Made by a program: the position numbers and the translations under genes. Positions 29,118-37,244 of a DNA stretch of 60,726 nt are shown piece after piece. Position 1 is the stretch's first letter; each line of letters starts with the position of its first letter. The notes beneath the pieces were generated by a model. The model made no database searches. It had not been told where the DNA came from and was given only the letters and a program-made list of their open reading frames with translations. Source of the stretch: Deltaproteobacteria bacterium (GTDB lineage Bacteria > Myxococcota > JACRCW01); NCBI GenBank assembly GCA_016218805.1, contig JACRCW010000007.1:1-60726 (forward strand), read 5' to 3'.

Positions 29118-29570
29118 TTGGAAAACCGTATAGGGAGCCTGCGTCGGGCCGCGCTGTTGAGCGTGGCCGTGGCGGTGGCGTGGACCGGCGGAGCACGGGC
29201 GGACAGCAAGCCCGGGTGCCTTGGGGTGACCATGCCGTCAGGGAGCAAGCGGGTGGCACCGGAAAAGGAAAACCCTGAGTGCCGCTTTGTCAGCTCCATG
29301 AACTGGGACGAGACGCTGAAAGCCCTGGACAAGGGCCTTCCCTCGTCGCAGATCCGGTCGCACCGGGAGGTGAACATCCCGGCGGCCAAGTACCGCCACA
29401 TTGAAAGCACCAACACCAAGACCGCCTGGGAAGGCATCAACGTCTACCAGCTGGGCGGAGATCCCAGCGCGGAAATCCGCATCTTTGTCATTCCGCGCCC
29501 AGCGGAACCGGTCACGGACAAGCCGAGCAAGAAGAAGGAAGGGAAGAAGAAGAAAGACAAGGGGAAGTGA
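29118..29570 (+). CDS. Small secreted hypothetical protein
   Basis: TTG start with GAGGTGG SD, signal peptide ending ARA|D, 'WEGINVYQ...EIRIFVIPR', Lys-rich tail. Confidence 0.65.
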   Translation: MENRIGSLRRAALLSVAVAVAWTGGARADSKPGCLGVTMPSGSKRVAPEKENPECRFVSSMNWDETLKALDKGLPSSQIRSHREVNIPAAKYRHIESTNTKTAWEGINVYQLGGDPSAEIRIFVIPRPAEPVTDKPSKKKEGKKKKDKGK

Positions 29571-29622
29571 GCCCGCCTGCCAGGGCGATCTTCCGAAGTG
29601 GCGCAGGCCAGCAACAGCGTGA

Positions 29623-29696
29623 TGGGGAATCGTCTAAAGGCAGGACAACGGATTCTGATTCCGTTTATCTAGGTTCGACTCCTAGTTCCCCAACCA
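29623..29696 (+). tRNA. tRNA-Gln(CUG)
   Basis: Acceptor TGGGGAA/TTCCCCA, anticodon arm ACGGA-ttCTGat-TCCGT, T-arm GGTTCGACTCC, encoded CCA. Confidence 0.95.
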
Positions 29697-29776
29697 CGAA
29701 GACCATCCCGGGAGAGAGGACCGGGAGGGAGCAAGACCACACCCGGGCCATTCCGGGGTGGGGCCGTAGCAGTGAT

Positions 29777-29849
29777 GGTCCCATCGTCTAGCGGTCTAGG
29801 ACGGCGGCCTCTCACGTCGCAAACGCGGGTTCGATTCCCGCTGGGATCA
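29777..29849 (+). tRNA. tRNA-Glu(CUC)
   Basis: Acceptor GGTCCCA/TGGGATC, anticodon arm GCGGC-ctCTCac-GTCGC, T-arm GGTTCGATTCC. Confidence 0.95.
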
Positions 29850-29859
29850 CTTGAGTTGT

Positions 29860-29912
29860 CGCGGCCCTCGTCGGAACCCTCGCCGGTTCCGCACGAGGGC
29901 CGCGGTGTTTCT
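29860..29912 (+). terminator. Long hairpin / intrinsic terminator after tRNA-Glu
   Basis: CGCGGCCCTCGTCGGAACC...GGTTCCGcACGAGGGCCGCG followed by GTGTTTCT. Confidence 0.55.
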
Positions 29913-30007
29913 GCGCCGCCGTGCCCCGACCGTTCGGAGGATGTTGTCGGGCCGAAGGACGCGATCCGGCAGGTGTCGGTCGTCGGGCGTGCAGGTACCC
30001 TTGCATC

Positions 30008-30274
30008 GTGAGCCATCAACTGACCCACGAAGCGGAGCGCAAGCTCGAAGATGCCGTTGCGGCTGCGACGGCAGCCACGGGCCTGCGGCCCACGGTGTCA
30101 ACCGAGTTCCTTGACGGCCCGGACGGCAGCGCGCTGCACATCAAGATGCAGGTGGGACGCCCTGTAGACCAAGCCACGCGGCTCTACCTGGTCCGTGCCG
30201 CAACGAACGCAGCGCTCGCCGCACTCCCGGAGTTGGCCTCCGCTCCCCTCGTCACTGTGCTCCAAGCAGCGTGA
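30008..30274 (+). CDS. Small hypothetical protein coupled to the HEPN gene (possible antitoxin)
   Basis: ~88 aa from a GTG start; its stop overlaps the next start (GTGA). Start position uncertain. Confidence 0.5.
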   Translation: MSHQLTHEAERKLEDAVAAATAATGLRPTVSTEFLDGPDGSALHIKMQVGRPVDQATRLYLVRAATNAALAALPELASAPLVTVLQAA

Positions 30275-31011
30275 TCCGCTCCAGGGACCTTCTCGGGCTC
30301 GCCCGCGAGCCAATCACGCCGGCAGCGCACCCGGCTGCCTTGGCCCGGGCCGTTTCCACGCTCTACTACTCGCTGTTCCACGCGCTCATGGAGACCGCCC
30401 GGACTCGCGTCTCAGGCTGCAGCAACGGCGAGTTGCTCGCCCACTACGTCGCCACCTTCGACCACAAGAACCTGCTCGACGCAGCCAAGCATGTATGCGC
30501 AAGCGAGAACCCGGCGATGCGCGCCAAGATCAAGGGCGGCCAGTTGTTCCCTTGGACGGACCTGTTTCCAGCGGACCCGGCGGATCCCAAGCGTCGCATG
30601 CCGTCGGCCGACCTCGTTGACTTCTGCGCGACCTTCGTCAAGCTCCAGCACCTTCGGCACCAAGCCGACTACCACGCGGAATGGAACGTGAGCGCGCAGG
30701 ACGCCCTCCAGCACCTCGCGGACGTGGAGGGAGCCCTCTCCGCGTGGGACCGCTGCTCGGCCGGGGACGAGGCGCTGGTGCTGCTGTTCGGGGCGCTGGG
30801 AGTCCTCACCTACCGGCGAGACCGCGAGGGCCCTCCAGGGCCGCACGACTCCCTTCCCGCTGCGCGGGTAAGAACTGCAAATGCGCCCGCATGCGCGCAG
30901 GGCGCTCAACGGTCACGGTGGAACCGGCCGCGGGCCAGCAACACGTGCTCGTCATCAATGATCACCTCCGTGCCCGGCTCAGCCCGCCACGCGCGCACCA
31001 GGTCCGCGTAG
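30271..31011 (+). CDS. HEPN-domain protein (UPF0332-like)
   Basis: 'RAVSTLYYSLFH' and 'LQHLRHQADY' motifs. The C-terminal tail runs into the convergent gene. Confidence 0.75.
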   Translation: MIRSRDLLGLAREPITPAAHPAALARAVSTLYYSLFHALMETARTRVSGCSNGELLAHYVATFDHKNLLDAAKHVCASENPAMRAKIKGGQLFPWTDLFPADPADPKRRMPSADLVDFCATFVKLQHLRHQADYHAEWNVSAQDALQHLADVEGALSAWDRCSAGDEALVLLFGALGVLTYRRDREGPPGPHDSLPAARVRTANAPACAQGAQRSRWNRPRASNTCSSSMITSVPGSARHARTRSA

Positions 31012-32342
31012 CGCTCTGCGCCAATGGGCCACGCATCCCCCCGCGGCAGCTTCTCCACAAACACGTAGCGGAAGATGCGCCAGCCCGGCGGGTGTGAGCC
31101 CTCCACCTGGTAGACGTCGCGCCGTGCCACCAGGCCCGGAGTGAGGTTCGCCATGGCCAGCACGGGTCCGTCGTCGTGCTGCAGCAGGTATTCGCGCGCG
31201 CGGGCCAGGGACGCCAGGCGCCCGGGGTCCCGCGGATAGCGCCGCGTGCCGGTGAGGTAGCTGCGCGCGTTGGCCTCCAAGACGTCACCGTTGGTGACCA
31301 GGCAGCACGCCGTGGTCAGTGCAAACACCCACGCCGGCGGCCGCGCCCGGTTGCGCATGGCAGACAGCGCGGCCAGCAGCAGTCCCGCAATGACCACCGG
31401 CATGTAATGGCCGTCCCACGCGGGGCGGAGCGCCCGGATGGCCAGCAACGGCAGCAGCGGCGCCACCAGCACGGGGTCAGGCACCAGCCGCCGGCGCCAC
31501 ATCCACACGGCCAGCGGGGCCAGCGGGACCGCCAGGCGCAGCATCTGGCGCAACTGGTAGGTGCCGCGCGTGTAGTCCGCCAGGACCGCCGCCGGGTCCA
31601 GCAGGCGTCCCAGGATGCGCCCGCCGTACTGCTCCGTGGGCATCATGGCCGGCCGCACCACAAACGCCACCGCCGCCCACGCGAGCGACACGACCAGCAG
31701 CACCGCCGCGGCCCGCCCGTGCCGGCGCCACGCGAGCGCGGCGGCGAGCGTCACGCCGGCGAACGGGAATTCTTCGCGGAAGGTGAACAGGAACACGGCC
31801 AGGCCCACGGCCAGCGGGACCCTCCCCGCGACGAGTGCCGCGCCGAGGCACGCCATGGGGAAGATGGCCCACGTGGTGGGATGGACGGGATTGAAGGTGG
31901 CCAGGTTGGTGGCGGGAGAGAAATACAGGAAACCCACGGCAAACACCCCGGCGGCGCCGTGAATTCGCCCGGTGCGCCACAACCACAGCACGGGCAGCGG
32001 GGCCGCGGCCACCCAGCTCACCTCCACGAGGATGGCGGCGGCGGCCGGCGGCAGCACCCAGGTCAGCGGCGCGCCCAGCAGCACCACCGGGTCCACGTGA
32101 TCACCAAACGCGTAGACGTGCCGGACGGAAAGGAAGGGATTCCATTCACCGCGCGCCATGCGGTGCATGGCCTGGGCGTAGATGGCCAGGTCCAGCGAGC
32201 ACGCCGACAGGTCCAGCCGCAGCCACAGCGGGATGGCGGACAGCAGCAGGAACAACAGAACCAGCACGCCGCTCACGCGGAGCACCGGCACCGTCTCAAG
32301 CCAGCGGTCCAGGCGGTCCAGCGCCGCACGCAGCGTGGGCAT
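30906..32342 (-). CDS. DUF2079-like polytopic membrane protein (GT-C-type)
   Basis: 'DLAIYAQA', 'FGDHVDP', 'HPTTW', 'REE', 'HY' motifs and many TM helices. Confidence 0.7.
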   Translation of the reverse strand: MPTLRAALDRLDRWLETVPVLRVSGVLVLLFLLLSAIPLWLRLDLSACSLDLAIYAQAMHRMARGEWNPFLSVRHVYAFGDHVDPVVLLGAPLTWVLPPAAAAILVEVSWVAAAPLPVLWLWRTGRIHGAAGVFAVGFLYFSPATNLATFNPVHPTTWAIFPMACLGAALVAGRVPLAVGLAVFLFTFREEFPFAGVTLAAALAWRRHGRAAAVLLVVSLAWAAVAFVVRPAMMPTEQYGGRILGRLLDPAAVLADYTRGTYQLRQMLRLAVPLAPLAVWMWRRRLVPDPVLVAPLLPLLAIRALRPAWDGHYMPVVIAGLLLAALSAMRNRARPPAWVFALTTACCLVTNGDVLEANARSYLTGTRRYPRDPGRLASLARAREYLLQHDDGPVLAMANLTPGLVARRDVYQVEGSHPPGWRIFRYVFVEKLPRGDAWPIGAERYADLVRAWRAEPGTEVIIDDEHVLLARGRFHRDR

Positions 32343-32344
32343 GC

Positions 32345-33574
32345 TCAGTCGTCGTGCAGGTTGGGCGCCAGCACAAAGTACCCACGGTCCATCTCATCAG
32401 ACACGCGCGGGTGCAGGCCCGGGTGCCCCAGGTAGTTGGCGCCGGGGGTGAGGTCCACGTGGAAGTGGTTGCGGTGGGCGGAGTTGTAGTTGGGCGTGAG
32501 GATGATGTTGAACACGCGCTGGGTGTGCAGGCGGTTCACCAGGTCCCACAGCCACGCGCCCGCCGGCGTGGCGGGCGCCGTGCCGATTTCAAAGTCATCA
32601 TTCACCGTCCAGCGGCGGCCGTCCGGGAAGCGGAACGCGGCCAGGTCAATGGCGGTCCCCAGCCCGTGTTGCGACAGTGACGCGGTGCCGGCAATGACGC
32701 GGCAGTTGTACGTGCCCAGGTGTTCCACCTCGTGGACGCTGGATTCCACCAGCACCGCGGCAAACCGATCCAGCGCCAGCGCCAGACTGCAGCTCATCAG
32801 CATGGGCGTGGCGGCGGCGTTGGACGTGTAGCGGAACGGGATGCCGCGCACGGGCCCGTTGACGCGCACGGGGTCCTGGACGTGACAGGTGAGGGAAGCG
32901 TTCCCGTCAGGATGGTCATCCGCCAGCACGGTTGGCTCAAACGGCACGCCGGCGGCAATGAGCTCGTCATAGCAAGTGGGCCGCGGCGTGGCGGTGCCGG
33001 GCAGGCACGCGTAGCGCTCGGTGGTGGGCTCGTTGAAACGGCGCAGGAGTTGGCAGGCGTAACCGTCGCGGCAGCCGGTGGCGGGGAACAGCGAATAGTC
33101 ACACCGGCTCACGCAGATTCCGTCCGTGGCGGCGACGCCGGATGGCGGGGCCACGCAGAAGGTGACGCTGTTGGCGCCAGGGCGGTCCGGGCAGAACTGC
33201 GTGCAGTCCTGGGTGCAGGTGCCACCGGGGAAACCCTGGGCGCTGGTGAGGCAGTACCCGCCGGTGAACGCGCACTCCCCGCCGCTGGCACACGCCCCGC
33301 CAATCCATCCCTGGTTGGGAACGGAGATGCCCGCGTCCACGCCACCCTCATTGCCCGCATCCGGGGACTCCGCGCCGGATGACGCGCCTGCGGCCGACGA
33401 ACCCCCCGGCCCGGTGGCGGACGCGCCGCCCTCCGACGACGCCAGGGCCACGCCGCTGGACCCCGCGGCCTGCCCGCTGGAGCCGGTGCCCTCACCGTCC
33501 AGCGTGCCGGGCACGGGGCACCCGGTAAGGAACAGGACCGCCAGCGCCACGGAGATGAGAAGCGGTGCACGCAT
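32345..33574 (-). CDS. Lipoprotein with a Cys-rich domain and an Extensin-like_C (M15/LAS-type peptidase fold) domain
   Basis: Lipobox LTGC, 'GTYNCR...SQHGLGTAID', 'TPNYNSAHRNHFHVD'. Confidence 0.8.
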   Translation of the reverse strand: MRAPLLISVALAVLFLTGCPVPGTLDGEGTGSSGQAAGSSGVALASSEGGASATGPGGSSAAGASSGAESPDAGNEGGVDAGISVPNQGWIGGACASGGECAFTGGYCLTSAQGFPGGTCTQDCTQFCPDRPGANSVTFCVAPPSGVAATDGICVSRCDYSLFPATGCRDGYACQLLRRFNEPTTERYACLPGTATPRPTCYDELIAAGVPFEPTVLADDHPDGNASLTCHVQDPVRVNGPVRGIPFRYTSNAAATPMLMSCSLALALDRFAAVLVESSVHEVEHLGTYNCRVIAGTASLSQHGLGTAIDLAAFRFPDGRRWTVNDDFEIGTAPATPAGAWLWDLVNRLHTQRVFNIILTPNYNSAHRNHFHVDLTPGANYLGHPGLHPRVSDEMDRGYFVLAPNLHDD

Positions 33575-33619
33575 GCAACCCCGCCTACCGCGCCGCCAGC
33601 CGCAGCGGAAGCGGACCCG

Positions 33620-34978
33620 TCAGGGCTGGACGGCAACGGCCTCGGGAATCTGGTCCGACCCGCTGCCCAGCTCCAGCTGCCCCTCGTAGAGGGCGGCACC
33701 CGGACCGGTGACGCGGAACACGGCCAGGTTGGGTCCGCCGCTGGGGTCCACGGACGGGACCACCACGCGGCCGCTGTCCAGGCCGCGCGTGACCATGGCC
33801 ATCTGGCTCGCCAGGCCTATGCCCGTGACCTCCGTGGTGGGCGTGAGCTGGTTGCCGTCACGGCGGAACACGGCCACGCGGTTGTTCTCGTCACGGCTGA
33901 TGAGCACGGTCAGCCCGTCCGGCGAAAACAGGACCTCCCGGGCGCTGGGCACATCCTGCGGCACCTGCGCGGACGCAATGCTGTCCCCGGTGACGGTGAA
34001 GATGCGCACCTGCCCGCCTTCGGAGGAGAACGGCGAGCTGTTGGGCACCACCAGCAGGTCACCGGCGGGGGACAGGCCAATGCGCCCAACGTCCAGGAAG
34101 TCGGACCACAGGTCAAAGGCGGCCACTGAGGTGAAGCCGCCGCCCGGGACCAGCGCCAGGAGGCGCGTGTCGTCGTTGTCCACCGGGTCAAACGCCGCCT
34201 GTCCACCCAGGAGGATGGCCTGCGTGCCGCCGGGCAGCAGCACCAGGGATTCCGCCAGCCGGATGTTGAAGAACGCGCCCTCCAGCACCGTCAGGGCGCC
34301 GTCGCACCCCAGGTCCACCGTGGACAGGCCGGCCGTTTCCGCCACGTTGCTCCCCACGGCCCAGACCCGCCGCCCGTCGGCGGCCACCACCAGGTCCTCA
34401 AACCCCGCGGACGGCAACGTGACCCGGTCCACCTCCACCACGTTGGCCACGCCGTCCACGCGCAGGGACACCAGGTCCCCGTCATCCCCCAGGGCCAGCG
34501 CGTAGGTGCCGCTGGGAACAAACGCCAACCGCATGATCCGGGCGCCCACATCCACGCGCACGCCCGTGTCCTCCGGCAGCTGTCCCACCTTCCACCCCAG
34601 CGTGCGCACCCACGTGCCCGGCGTGGCGGGAACGTCCGTGAACGTGTGGCTGAGCATCACCACGCGCTCGCGGTCCGGCGCGCCCGGCGTCCCCAGATCA
34701 CAGCTGCCTCCATCCGGCCCCACGCCGCCATCCGGGCTCCCGGACGTGGCGCCGGATGACGGTGACCCGAGGGATGACGACGCGCCGGACGACGGCGATC
34801 CGCCCGACGACGACACAGCGCCCGAACTGCCCGCTCTTCCCGATGACGACGACCCGCCCCCGCCGCCTGACGACGAGCCACCGCCCTCATCCCCGGGACC
34901 CTCCGGGCAGCCGGAACACACCACAACGACGAGGGCCGCCAGGCCCAGGAAATGGCGCAGGGGAGCAGAGGGCAGCAT
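33620..34978 (-). CDS. Lipoprotein with a Ser/Gly linker and a beta-propeller domain
   Basis: Lipobox CSGC; repeated 'FVPSG / ADGRR / LSPAGD / FSPDG' blades. Confidence 0.7.
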   Translation of the reverse strand: MLPSAPLRHFLGLAALVVVVCSGCPEGPGDEGGGSSSGGGGGSSSSGRAGSSGAVSSSGGSPSSGASSSLGSPSSGATSGSPDGGVGPDGGSCDLGTPGAPDRERVVMLSHTFTDVPATPGTWVRTLGWKVGQLPEDTGVRVDVGARIMRLAFVPSGTYALALGDDGDLVSLRVDGVANVVEVDRVTLPSAGFEDLVVAADGRRVWAVGSNVAETAGLSTVDLGCDGALTVLEGAFFNIRLAESLVLLPGGTQAILLGGQAAFDPVDNDDTRLLALVPGGGFTSVAAFDLWSDFLDVGRIGLSPAGDLLVVPNSSPFSSEGGQVRIFTVTGDSIASAQVPQDVPSAREVLFSPDGLTVLISRDENNRVAVFRRDGNQLTPTTEVTGIGLASQMAMVTRGLDSGRVVVPSVDPSGGPNLAVFRVTGPGAALYEGQLELGSGSDQIPEAVAVQP

Positions 34979-34988
34979 GGTGAACCCG

Positions 34989-37076
34989 TTACGCCTGGTA
35001 GCGGCGCATGAAGGACTGGATTTCCTCAGCCTGGCGGCGCAGCGCGTCCACCACGCTCTGCAGCCGCCCTGCCCCGTCGGACTGCTGGCGGCTCACGTTG
35101 CGGATGGCCTCCACCGCGCGCAGGGCGGTCTCCGCCGCCGCCGTCTGCTGCGTCTGCGCCTGGTCCACCCGCACGGCCAGGCTGTCAATTGCGCCCATGG
35201 CCCCCAGCGCGTCGCGGCAGCTCTTGACCTGGTTGTCGCTGGCGCGGCGGACCTGTTCGGTGAGGTCGCGGATGTCACGCGTGGTGTTGCGCAGCTTCTG
35301 ACTCTCCCGCGCCTGCTCCTGCGCCGCCACCGTGATCTGCTGCAGGTTCTTCCCAATGCGGGTGAACGCCTCCGCCACCGTCCGGGTATGTCCCGCCTCC
35401 TTGTCCGTGTCCGTAGCAATCGCCTCCACCATGGCCCGGCCGCGCTGGCTGGAGTTGCGAATGGCCCCCAGGGCTGCCCCGGCCGCCTTCCCCACGCGGG
35501 AACCTTCATCCACGGAGGACATGCCCGCCTGCATCGCGGCGCCGGCGCGTTCGCTCTCGTCACGCACCCGCGCAATCACCGTGGTGATCTCCGCGGTGGA
35601 GGACCGCGTACGGTCTGCCAGTTGCTTGATCTCCTGCGCCACCACGTTGAACGCCGCCCCGTGCTCGCCCGCGTGGGCAGCAATGATGCCGGCGTTGAGC
35701 GCCAGCAGGTTGGTCTTGTGGGCCAGGTCGTTGATGAGTTCCACAATCCCGTGGATGGACGCCACGGACTGCCCCAGCTGGGCCAGCACCACAAACGCTT
35801 CCGCGGCGGTCTTGGACAGGCGGTCCATGCTGTCAATGGCGTCTGCCAAAGAGCGCGCGCCTTCTTCCGACTCGGAGGCCGACTGCGCCGACAGGGCCGC
35901 GGTGTCGCGGGCGTTGCGCTGCACCGCGTCGATGGCGCGGCGGATTTCGTCCATCGCCTGGGTCGTCGTGGACAGGGCCCGTTCCAGCTCCTCAATGGAG
36001 CCCGCCACCCGCGTCACCGCGCCGGCCACCTGGTCCACCGCCTCCGCGCTGCCGGCAACAAACCGGGCCATCTCGGCGGCGCTGCGCGCCACCTCGTCGC
36101 TCTGGGTCACCAGCCCGTTGAGCGCCTGGTTGCCGCGCTGGGTGGAGCCGCGCAGCTCCACCACGTTGCTGCCCACGCCCTGGATGCTGGCCAGCATCCC
36201 GCGCACGGTGTCCGTGGTGGCCGCCAGCTCCGCTTCAATGTCCCCCGCGCCGCGGCTGACCGTGGAGGACGCGCGCTCCACGGCGTCCAACACCTCCAGC
36301 AGCCCGCTCACGCTGGAGCGCAACGCCCCCAGCAGCGCCCGCTGCCCATCCACCATCTGCCGGAAGCTCTGCGCCAGCACGCCCGTCTCGTCATTGCTGC
36401 GCACGTCAATGGGCAGCCGCAGGTCCCCCGTCTCCGCAATGGCCCGCGTGACCCGCGCCAGCTCCAGGATGGGCGCCACCAGGTAGCTGCCCAGGATGAG
36501 CCCCAGCGCCACGCCCAGCAGCACCACCAGCAGCGCCGCCCACGCCGCCAGCCGGAAACTCTCGTCGCGCTCGCGCCGCTGCAGGGACAGTGAGAAGTCC
36601 ATGCGCAATGTGCCCAGCACGCGGGCCGGCGCCTCATCCACCGCCGGAATCTCCACGCGGGCCAGCACGTGCAGCTGTTCCCCTTCCATGCTCCACGCGG
36701 TGTCAGATCCCTCCGTCATGGCCAGTTCCAGCGGCGCCCCCACGCGCTCCGCGGTGCCGTCAGCCTGTGCCTTGGCCCCGGGCACGTACGCCGTCAGCAG
36801 CGTGGAGTCCGCTTTGCGCACTTCGCCGTAGACCAGGTCCGGTCCCGCCGTGAGCTCCAGCAGCCGCCGCGCGTCCGCGGGGTCCTCAAAGTCCAGCGCC
36901 GGCCGCAGGGCGCTGGCCAGCACGCGCGCCACCGCCACCCCGCGGCGTTGCGCCGCCACGTCCGCGCTGCTGGTCATCAGGCGCTGCAGGAGCATCAGCG
37001 TGACGCCGGCCAGCCCCGTGAGGAGCACGGCAATGGTGAGCGTCAGTTTCACCCGCAGCGAGATTATCCGGCCCAT
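34989..37076 (-). CDS. Methyl-accepting chemotaxis protein
   Basis: Two TM helices, HAMP 'DETGVLAQSF', signalling hairpin 'TNLLALNAGIIAAHAGEHGAAFNVVAQEIKQLA'. Confidence 0.92.
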   Translation of the reverse strand: MGRIISLRVKLTLTIAVLLTGLAGVTLMLLQRLMTSSADVAAQRRGVAVARVLASALRPALDFEDPADARRLLELTAGPDLVYGEVRKADSTLLTAYVPGAKAQADGTAERVGAPLELAMTEGSDTAWSMEGEQLHVLARVEIPAVDEAPARVLGTLRMDFSLSLQRRERDESFRLAAWAALLVVLLGVALGLILGSYLVAPILELARVTRAIAETGDLRLPIDVRSNDETGVLAQSFRQMVDGQRALLGALRSSVSGLLEVLDAVERASSTVSRGAGDIEAELAATTDTVRGMLASIQGVGSNVVELRGSTQRGNQALNGLVTQSDEVARSAAEMARFVAGSAEAVDQVAGAVTRVAGSIEELERALSTTTQAMDEIRRAIDAVQRNARDTAALSAQSASESEEGARSLADAIDSMDRLSKTAAEAFVVLAQLGQSVASIHGIVELINDLAHKTNLLALNAGIIAAHAGEHGAAFNVVAQEIKQLADRTRSSTAEITTVIARVRDESERAGAAMQAGMSSVDEGSRVGKAAGAALGAIRNSSQRGRAMVEAIATDTDKEAGHTRTVAEAFTRIGKNLQQITVAAQEQARESQKLRNTTRDIRDLTEQVRRASDNQVKSCRDALGAMGAIDSLAVRVDQAQTQQTAAAETALRAVEAIRNVSRQQSDGAGRLQSVVDALRRQAEEIQSFMRRYQA

Positions 37077-37244
37077 GGACCCACCGGCGCCCACGCGCCG
37101 ACGCGGGCGCACCCCTGGGCGTCCCCCGGGCATGCGCCCGCTGCTCCCCCGGTTGCGTGCCCCGCGCGCACAGCGTCCTCCGCGCGCCTTTGTGCCCCAT
37201 CCGGCCGCCGATGGCAATTTGCCCGTCGAGGAGAGGCGCGGGGG

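Noticed and set aside
30854..30862. attR site for a tRNA-Glu island
   Set aside because: Only 9 bp and no integrase; kept only as weak support within the HEPN finding.
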